Assembly (NCBI GenBank): GCA_947504725.1
Contig: CANNHN010000003.1
Location: 88,945 to 152,944, forward strand
Reading direction: 5' to 3'
Length of the DNA: 64,000 bases
From: Bacteroidota bacterium
GTDB lineage: Bacteria > Bacteroidota > Bacteroidia > 2-12-FULL-35-15
Both the position numbers and the translations under genes were made by a program. Positions within the stretch are counted from its first letter, which is position 1. The number at the start of each line of letters is the position of its first letter. Positions 57,443 to 64,000 of this stretch are shown here, one piece after another. Below the pieces are notes generated by a model, which saw nothing but the letters and a program-made list of their open reading frames with translations, did no database searches and was not told the origin of the DNA.

Positions 57443-59821
57443 TTAAAACTCAATCTTATATCCAAAATAAGGAAACAAGCCCAACTGGTATTCTTGTTGC
57501 ACTTTTTGTAAAATAGGGTCGTATGATTCTCTTAAAATATTTTTCGTGTCAAAAATATTCTCAACCACTAAAAAAATGCTTTGTGAAGTTCGTTTGCGAT
57601 TCGTTTTGTAAGAAACTTTAAGGTCGAATCGTGAATAATCTTTCAACTGTTTTGAAAATGCTTCTGAGTCATTATAAACAACATCGCCATAAATTTTTGA
57701 TTTTTCTAAATCAATAGGAGTGTATCTATTTCCTCCTGCTTGTGTGAATTTTAAATCAATTGATAATGCTCTGTTTTTGTTTTTTCCTAAGTTGAATTCG
57801 TATCCAGCCAATGCATTTAGAACATAACCTCCGTCATAGCTTGTGTGATGTTCCACACCATTGCTTCCTCTGTATTTAGATTGATAAAGTGATACAGTAG
57901 CTAAATAATAAAAGTGTTTGTTGAAGAATTTTTCAATAGTAAGTTCAATTCCTATGTTTTCTCCATCACCTTTGTTTTCTAAACTATCCACCAATGGAAT
58001 TCCTTCTAATGCATTACCAACATTAATCATTGAAAAAGAGGATTGATAATTTTTTTGAACAGGAACATTGTAAACGTATTGATAATATCCTTCTATTTTT
58101 AATCGATAATCTTTAGCAAAATTTAAATCGTAACTTATGATGGCATGTTGACTTTTTGATAGATCTAAAGTTTTGTTGCTTCTGAAATAGCTATCCGTAG
58201 AAGGGATGTATGTTTCATAAAAGTAGTATATGGTGGGTTGCATCTGACTATGCATGCCATATCCTAAGCTTAAATTTTGCTTTTTACTAACTTGGAATCG
58301 CAACCCCAAACGTGGTTCAATTGCAGAAGTGTTGTTTAATAAAAAATTCTGATAATGTACTCCGCTGTTAATTGTGATTTTGTCTGTTGGTCGAAACTGC
58401 CAATGTGCAAAGCCTTGTATTAAATCAGCTGTAGAGTTTTTCACATTTAAATCATAAATGTATTTCCCATAAATATTAGAATAAGAAAACGATTTAGCAT
58501 CAAAATAAATGGTTTGATATGTTGCACCAATTTTTATCAAATGCTTTGCATTTATTTTTTTAGAAACAGTATAGTTTGCAATAAAATTAGCTTCGGTAGA
58601 TTTGTTCTTTCTGTCTAAAAATGAAGACTGATCCACAGGAGAGATAGTATCAACATACGCATCTAAATCAGTTCCAGAAACGGATAAAGAGAGTTTGCCA
58701 GATGTTTTTGAATTGAAAAAATATAAATGAGAAACTCCCGTTGCTCCCATGCTTGATCCGAAAACTAGATCTTGACCTCCTGTTATATAGGACCAGTCAG
58801 TAGATTTTCGATCGCTATCTAATAAAGTTAATTTGCTTTTTCCACCAATTCCCCAAAGTGTAAATATTCCAGCTTTTTTAGTTGGCACATTCACTTTGTA
58901 TGAAATGTCTTGGTATTGAGGACTTGCAGAAACGCCAAACCGAATCCCCAATTTATTAAACACTTCCAAAGTAGAATATCGATAATTAATTAAGTAAGAG
59001 CTTCCATTTTTTTTCGAGATAGGGCCTTCAGCGCCTAATTCAACACCATTAATCCCGAGTGAGCCAGTGTATTCATTTTGTTCGTTGTTCCCATTTCTTA
59101 ATTTGATATCAAAAACAGCAGCTGTTTTATTCCCGTATTCAGCAGGGAAGGCGCCCGTTAAAAAATCGGAGTTGCCTAAAATATTATTGTTAAGCATGCT
59201 TATTGGCCCACCGGTAGCGCCTTGTGCAGAAAAATGATTGGGGTTAGGAATGTCTATTCCTTCCATTCTCCATAAAACACCTAGTGGTGAATTTCCTCTT
59301 ACAATAATATCATTTCGTGCATCATTTCCAGATGAAACACCAGCATAGTTTGCAACCATTTTGCTTGGGTCGCCTCTACTGCCAGCATATCTTCCCGTTT
59401 CTTCCGCCAAAAAATTACGAGACGAAACCGTTACCAAATCATTGTTGGCTTTTGTTTTGTCTTTTTCCGCTACCACTTCTACTACATTGGAAGTGTATAC
59501 TTTTTCTCTTAATTCAATGTTGAGAACAACTTCTTTTCCGGAAGTGACAATAATATTGTTGATGAATGTTTCTTCGTAACCAATAGAACTAATTTTTAGT
59601 GCTCTTCTTCCAACAGGAATTTTATCCAATCTGAACTTTCCCTCTCCATCGCTAGAAGAACCAATCAATGTGTCGCTGTTTACTAAAATGATAGTTGCTC
59701 CCGGTATTGTGGATTTGGAATCGGCATCAATCACTTTTCCACGGATAGTTTGTGTATAGGTTTGCGCGCTAAGATTTAGTCCGCTTATTATAATTAGAAA
59801 TATAAAAGTGATTTTTTTCAC
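57443..59821 (-). CDS. TonB-dependent receptor with an N-terminal carboxypeptidase-regulatory-like domain
   Basis: It has a signal peptide. The CarbopepD_reg-like block is TIRGKVIDADSKSTIPGATIILVNSDTLIGSSSDGEGKFRLDKIPVGRRAL. A plug and beta-barrel follow, with the C-terminus ...YKIEF. Confidence 0.8.
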   Translation of the reverse strand: MKKITFIFLIIISGLNLSAQTYTQTIRGKVIDADSKSTIPGATIILVNSDTLIGSSSDGEGKFRLDKIPVGRRALKISSIGYEETFINNIIVTSGKEVVLNIELREKVYTSNVVEVVAEKDKTKANNDLVTVSSRNFLAEETGRYAGSRGDPSKMVANYAGVSSGNDARNDIIVRGNSPLGVLWRMEGIDIPNPNHFSAQGATGGPISMLNNNILGNSDFLTGAFPAEYGNKTAAVFDIKLRNGNNEQNEYTGSLGINGVELGAEGPISKKNGSSYLINYRYSTLEVFNKLGIRFGVSASPQYQDISYKVNVPTKKAGIFTLWGIGGKSKLTLLDSDRKSTDWSYITGGQDLVFGSSMGATGVSHLYFFNSKTSGKLSLSVSGTDLDAYVDTISPVDQSSFLDRKNKSTEANFIANYTVSKKINAKHLIKIGATYQTIYFDAKSFSYSNIYGKYIYDLNVKNSTADLIQGFAHWQFRPTDKITINSGVHYQNFLLNNTSAIEPRLGLRFQVSKKQNLSLGYGMHSQMQPTIYYFYETYIPSTDSYFRSNKTLDLSKSQHAIISYDLNFAKDYRLKIEGYYQYVYNVPVQKNYQSSFSMINVGNALEGIPLVDSLENKGDGENIGIELTIEKFFNKHFYYLATVSLYQSKYRGSNGVEHHTSYDGGYVLNALAGYEFNLGKNKNRALSIDLKFTQAGGNRYTPIDLEKSKIYGDVVYNDSEAFSKQLKDYSRFDLKVSYKTNRKRTSQSIFLVVENIFDTKNILRESYDPILQKVQQEYQLGLFPYFGYKIEF

Positions 59822-59873
59822 GATACAAAAGTAACATTAAAATGTCATTTGTTTTCTAAATTCAATTCATTTG

Positions 59874-59980
59874 CGGAGCGTCATTGCGAATGGATAGAAG
59901 GAATCTCACACGAACTTCGACAGCCCAGTTAAGATGAGATTGCCAAATCACCCCGAATACTTTGGGTGACTCGCAATTAT
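59874..59980. repeat. Family-B MITE-like element, full copy (right TIR degenerate)
   Basis: The sequence is gcggagcgtcattgcgaatggatagaaggaatctcacacgaacttcgacagcccagttaagatgagattgccaaatcaccccgaatactttgggtgactcgcaattatg. It is collinear block-by-block with 47385-47487. Confidence 0.7.
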
Positions 59981-60052
59981 GTTCTATGTTAAGATTGTCG
60001 TTCGAGAAAACATTTGGGTTTTCCATCAGTAGAATATTGCTATTTTTGTAGA

Positions 60053-60838
60053 ATGAACAACCAACTATCCTTTTTTGGCCAATTTGGATTAGCCATTAAA
60101 AGCTATGGGAAAGCTATTTCATTTGTTTTTGAAAAAGGGTTATGGATATATTTTATTTATACCATTATCATTGCTTGTATCCTTACTTTCGGTGGTTTTA
60201 AATTGATTCATAGTTTGGTAGATTGGATTGAAGGGTGGATAATGTCTTATGTAAGTTCCGATTCCGATACTGGTATTTTTAGTTTTTTAGGTACCGCATT
60301 GCATGTGCTTTTATCAGTAGGACTAAAGATTTTATTCTTTTTTGTTTTCTCTACTTTTAGCAAATATATTTTATTGATTATAATGTCGCCCATTATGGCA
60401 TTGCTGTCTGAACGGACAGAGGAAATTATTACTGGAAACGTTTATCCATTTAATATTGCTCAATTTATTAAAGATATTATTAGAGGAGTTGTTATCGCTC
60501 TTCGTAATATGTTCATAGAATTTGGTTTTATTTTTCTTGGTTTTTTTTTTGTTTGGATTCCTATAATTGGATGGATTTGTGCACTGTTTTTAGTTGTTAT
60601 ATCTTATTACTTTTACGGGTTTTCAATGATTGATTATGTAAGTGAAAGAAGAAAGATGGGTATTTCTCAGAGCACGTCTTATGTTAGGAAGCACAAAGGA
60701 TTAGCTATAGGGAATGGATTTATATTTTCATTAATATTCGCAATTCCCTTTATTGGTGCAATCATCGGTGCGGTTATAGCACCTGTAGCTGCTTGTATTG
60801 CTGTTATGGATTTAGAAAGTAGACATGCAAAAAATTAA
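60053..60838 (+). CDS. EI24/CysZ-like (DUF540) integral membrane protein
   Basis: It has about 5 TM helices. The conserved N-terminal block is FGQFGLAIKSYGKAISFVFEKGLW. The ATG at 60053 is preferred. Confidence 0.4.
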   Translation: MNNQLSFFGQFGLAIKSYGKAISFVFEKGLWIYFIYTIIIACILTFGGFKLIHSLVDWIEGWIMSYVSSDSDTGIFSFLGTALHVLLSVGLKILFFFVFSTFSKYILLIIMSPIMALLSERTEEIITGNVYPFNIAQFIKDIIRGVVIALRNMFIEFGFIFLGFFFVWIPIIGWICALFLVVISYYFYGFSMIDYVSERRKMGISQSTSYVRKHKGLAIGNGFIFSLIFAIPFIGAIIGAVIAPVAACIAVMDLESRHAKN

Positions 60839-61580
60839 AATTTCAATTGTTTCGTATTTAAATTCTAAGCCTTTTATCGCTGGGTTGAATAAATCTGATT
60901 TGATAAATAAAATAGATCTTCAGTTAGACATCCCTTCTGTTTGTGCTCAAAAATTAATGGATGGAACAGTTGATTTGGGTCTGATTCCTGTAGCCGTTCT
61001 TCCTTTGCTAAAAGAAAAACACATTGTTAGCGATTATTGTATTGGTGCGGTTGGGAAAGTAGCTTCTGTTATGTTATACAGCAATGTTCCTCTTGAAGAA
61101 ATTACGAATGTTCTATTGGATTATCAATCACGTACATCTGTTTCGTTAGTGAAAGTTTTAGCTAGTAAATTTTGGAATATTAATCCCCAATGGATAAATG
61201 CGAAAGAGAATTATGAATCTGAAATTATAGAAACAACTGCTGCAGTAATTATTGGTGATCGAACATTTGGATTAGAAAATAAATATAATTTTAGTTGCGA
61301 TTTGGCTGAAGAATGGCAAAAGTATACGGGTTTGCCATTTGTATTTGCTTGCTGGGTTTCCAATAAAGAATTGCCTTCTTCTTTTATCAATGAGTTTAAT
61401 ACTGCATTGAAAATGGGCTTAAATAACCGCTCTGAATTGATAATTGAACTTCAAAAAAGTGATTTGTACCCTACGAATATCGCTACTTATCTCAATAAAA
61501 ACATAGACTACGACTACGATTCAGCCAAAAAACAAGGTTTGGAACTATTTTTGTCTTATCAAGCCAATCTTGAGCAATAA
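60825..61580 (+). CDS. menaquinone biosynthesis protein of the MqnA/MqnD family (futalosine pathway; periplasmic-binding-protein-like fold)
   Basis: The N-terminus KISIVSYLNSKPF is the SYLNxxPF motif of MqnA/MqnD. It is 251 aa long. Confidence 0.5.
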   Translation: MQKIKISIVSYLNSKPFIAGLNKSDLINKIDLQLDIPSVCAQKLMDGTVDLGLIPVAVLPLLKEKHIVSDYCIGAVGKVASVMLYSNVPLEEITNVLLDYQSRTSVSLVKVLASKFWNINPQWINAKENYESEIIETTAAVIIGDRTFGLENKYNFSCDLAEEWQKYTGLPFVFACWVSNKELPSSFINEFNTALKMGLNNRSELIIELQKSDLYPTNIATYLNKNIDYDYDSAKKQGLELFLSYQANLEQ

Positions 61581-61616
61581 TTTTTTATATTTACAATTCA
61601 AATTAAAATTTTCCAT

Positions 61617-63278
61617 ATGAAAAAGATAATGTATTTGTTTGTGTTTTCAATGTTCGTTTTTGGGTCGATTTCGGCTCAGGAAAAACCAGTTGAAAACAAA
61701 GAAAATAAACAGAACGTTTTTGATAAAGGCGGTGATGTTGCGAAAATGGTTTTAGCAGAACAAAAGTTTTTTGCTATGGATTATAAAGGCGCATTGGACA
61801 TTTATAAAGATGTATTGTCGGGAAAACCAAGTGATGCAAACGTTATTTTTCACATTGCAGAATGTTATTACGAATTAAAACAATTAAAAGAGGCGCGTGA
61901 AAATGCCGAAAAATCAAGAAGTATCGACCCGAAAGCAAATGTTTACAATTCGCTTTTGTTGGGAAAGCTTTATCAGCTAGAAGATATGAAAGATGAGGCA
62001 TTGGTGGAATACAATGCTTTCAAAGCAAATGCTGGTAGCAATAAAAAAATTGAGGAAAGCGAAGTAGATAAATATATTTTACAAGTGAATACAGCAAAAG
62101 AATTAATGGCAAATCCTATTGACGTTGTTGTAGAAAACATGGGTGATGTAATTAATTCAGAATTTGAAGACAAGGCTCCGATGGTAAGTGCAGATGGTAA
62201 AACATTAATTTTTACTTCTCAACGTCATGGTAAATCTAGTGCATTGAATCCTGATGATGGAATGTATTTTGAAGATATCTATATCTCTCGCTGGGATACG
62301 CTTAAAAAAACATGGGGTGATGCAGAATTAATTCCTGGTTCATTAAATACTGAAGGACAAGATGCAGCAACGAGTATTTCTCCTGATGGAAAACAAATTT
62401 TCCTTTTCAAAAATGATATTGAAGCTGAATCTCGTGGTGGTGATGTGTATGTTTCTCGTTTGAGTTCTTCTGGAAAATGGGGGGCACCAAAGTCGATGGG
62501 TAAGCCTATTAATACTACTTTTGCTGAGTTAGGAGCATGTATTTCTCCAGATGGAAAAACATTGTATTTTGTAAGTGAGCGTCAAGGTAGTTTAGGGAAT
62601 GCAGATATCTGGATGGTGAAACGTAAAACACGTACGGAGTGGGAAAAACCAGTTAACCTGGGTGATGTTGTAAATACAACTGAAGATGATGCAGGTATAT
62701 TTTTAGCTCCTGATGGAAAAACATTATTTTTTACTTCAAAAGGACATAACTCAATGGGTGGGTATGATATTTTTAAAACTGTTAATGAAGGTGGCAAATG
62801 GAGTACTCCTGTAAATTTAGGTTATCCAATCAACACAATCTACAACGACTTTTGTTTTAGTTTGTCTGTAGATGCAAAAACCGGTTATATCGCAAGTAAC
62901 AGAAAAGGTGGTTTAGGTGGTCGTGATGTTTACAAAGTAGATTTAACAAATTACATGGTTCTTGAAAAAGACATGAAGAAAAAAGTGGACGGAGGACCAG
63001 TAATGGCAATTCTGAAAGGTGATGTTTTTGATGCAGGAGCTGGTGCAGGAATGGAAGCAGAGATTGTTGTTTATGATGAAACAGGTGCTACCAAAGTAGG
63101 AAGCACAAATTCAAGTGAGGGTAGCGGAGAATATTTCTTAACATTATTAGCTGGAAAAACATACATGGTAAAAATTGATGTTAAAGGTTTTAAAGCTGTT
63201 GAAGAAAAAGTAGAAATTAAAGCTGCTGCTGAAGGAGCTACAACCATTGTGAAGCATTATTTGTTATATAAAAAATAA
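61617..63278 (+). CDS. secreted TPR and TolB-like (PD40 beta-propeller) repeat protein with a C-terminal carboxypeptidase-regulatory-like domain
   Basis: It has a signal peptide and TPR-like helices (aa ~40-150). There are at least four PD40 repeats (SADGKTLIFTSQR, SPDGKQIFLF, SPDGKTLYFVSER...ADIWMV, APDGKTLFFTS...YDIFK). It matches the N-terminal two-thirds of bacteroidete OmpA/TolB-type proteins but lacks the OmpA domain. Confidence 0.55.
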   Translation: MKKIMYLFVFSMFVFGSISAQEKPVENKENKQNVFDKGGDVAKMVLAEQKFFAMDYKGALDIYKDVLSGKPSDANVIFHIAECYYELKQLKEARENAEKSRSIDPKANVYNSLLLGKLYQLEDMKDEALVEYNAFKANAGSNKKIEESEVDKYILQVNTAKELMANPIDVVVENMGDVINSEFEDKAPMVSADGKTLIFTSQRHGKSSALNPDDGMYFEDIYISRWDTLKKTWGDAELIPGSLNTEGQDAATSISPDGKQIFLFKNDIEAESRGGDVYVSRLSSSGKWGAPKSMGKPINTTFAELGACISPDGKTLYFVSERQGSLGNADIWMVKRKTRTEWEKPVNLGDVVNTTEDDAGIFLAPDGKTLFFTSKGHNSMGGYDIFKTVNEGGKWSTPVNLGYPINTIYNDFCFSLSVDAKTGYIASNRKGGLGGRDVYKVDLTNYMVLEKDMKKKVDGGPVMAILKGDVFDAGAGAGMEAEIVVYDETGATKVGSTNSSEGSGEYFLTLLAGKTYMVKIDVKGFKAVEEKVEIKAAAEGATTIVKHYLLYKK

Positions 63279-63298
63279 GTAATAACTAATTTTAAAAG

Positions 63299-63332
63299 TA
63301 AAGCCATTCTAGTTAAAAGAATGGCTTTTTTT
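63299..63332. terminator. bidirectional rho-independent terminator
   Basis: The sequence is aaagccattctagttaaaagaatggcttttttt: a 10-bp stem with a T-tract, between convergent genes. Confidence 0.55.
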
Positions 63333-63337
63333 AGTCG

Positions 63338-63358
63338 TTCCTTGCAATGACGATTCTT
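63338..63358. repeat. Family-B TIR fragment (ccttgcaatgacgattc)
   Basis: It matches the right terminal repeat ctcgcaatgacg plus flanking bases. It is a solo fragment. Confidence 0.3.
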
Positions 63359-63383
63359 TAGAGTGATGATTTGATAGAGTAAA

Positions 63384-64000
63384 TTATTTCGAAAACAAAA
63401 ATGATGTAAACTCAGCATTGAGTTCGTTGGGGAAGTTGTCGTTTAATTCAGGAAATAAAAACCCCTCCTCTTTTAATTCAGTAAGCAGCATGTCAACAGC
63501 CCTAGGAACCCAACTGCGATCATAATCTGACATCTTGTTTTTTGAACGAGCGGCAATCATTTTAGAATTTATTTTATGGTGTTCGTTTCTCCCATCATGC
63601 AAAACATAAACTCCACCATTGTTATTTTTAACTTTTTCAGTAAACTGCCCTACAAATTTTTCCATTTCACTTGGTTTTACTTTGTGATCGAAAAAAAAAT
63701 CGGTGACAGGAAGCAATTGCATGTTTTTTGATTCCCAAAAAGGAACATGCTTTTTAAAATAAGCTCCGTATGCTGGACGAAAGTATTCAACTCTGTGTGT
63801 CTGGCTGTCTATCGCTTCAGCAATAGCATTGTTGCAAGCTTCAATGTCATCAGAAATGGTTTTCATTCGCTTGAAAATAAATGGATCGCCTGCATGCCCG
63901 TGGTTTGCGATGATGTGCCCATCCAAAAATATTTGTTTTACTATGTCCGGATGTTGATTTACATTTTTGCCTATTAAGCAAAAAGCAGCTTTAACATTGT
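63384..64000 (-). CDS. polysaccharide deacetylase (NodB-fold) family protein, partial; N-terminus lies beyond the window end
   Basis: The reading frame stays open upstream of the ORF-track TTG start to position 64000 (…AFCLIGKNVNQHPDIVKQIFLDGHIIANHGHAG…). GHIIANHGH corresponds to NodB motif 2 (H-x-x-x-N-H-x-x-H). FRPAYGAY corresponds to motif 3 (RPPYG). VYVLHDG corresponds to the LxH motif. Confidence 0.6.
   Translation of the reverse strand, partial: NVKAAFCLIGKNVNQHPDIVKQIFLDGHIIANHGHAGDPFIFKRMKTISDDIEACNNAIAEAIDSQTHRVEYFRPAYGAYFKKHVPFWESKNMQLLPVTDFFFDHKVKPSEMEKFVGQFTEKVKNNNGGVYVLHDGRNEHHKINSKMIAARSKNKMSDYDRSWVPRAVDMLLTELKEEGFLFPELNDNFPNELNAEFTSFLFSK

Overview
This is a low-GC chromosomal segment from a Bacteroidota organism, most likely a gliding member of Flavobacteriia or a close relative. 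Taxonomic hallmarks are T9SS and gliding components: a roughly 2,865-aa SprB-repeat adhesin with a type-B CTD followed by a PorP/SprF gene, two small T9SS type-A CTD cargo proteins, and a GldA-like ABC ATPase. Most of the window is densely packed housekeeping genes: rsgA, dtd, aconitase, hemE, hemW, upp, psd, yidC, pyrG, mrp/apbC, a NifU-like gene, an rluB-like gene and yraN. It also carries two tandem TonB-dependent receptors, an orphan histidine kinase, an AsmA-like protein, OmpA-family and DUF2807 proteins, and a secreted ankyrin-repeat protein. Four things stand out. (1) A co-directional, translationally coupled five-gene cassette encodes WecB, two NodB-like deacetylases, an AAC(3)-family N-acetyltransferase and a FemAB/BioF2-like GNAT. 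It looks like an uncharacterised amino-sugar de-N-acetylation and re-acylation pathway. (2) Three families of short structured intergenic repeats sit almost exclusively at gene boundaries. One of them is a roughly 100-bp MITE-like element with 12-bp terminal inverted repeats (CGTCATTGCGAG). At two loci these repeats generate spurious N-terminal ORF extensions in the six-frame track. (3) A 670-bp non-coding spacer between the two TonB-dependent receptor genes contains GC-rich nested helices. It may be a cis-regulatory or small RNA, but I could not assign a class. (4) A small Cys/Lys-rich secreted peptide has an internal duplication. I found no rRNA or tRNA genes, no CRISPR array and no transposase. 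The first gene (M13 peptidase) and the last gene (polysaccharide deacetylase) run off the window edges. Coordinates of corrected start codons are approximate, to within one codon.
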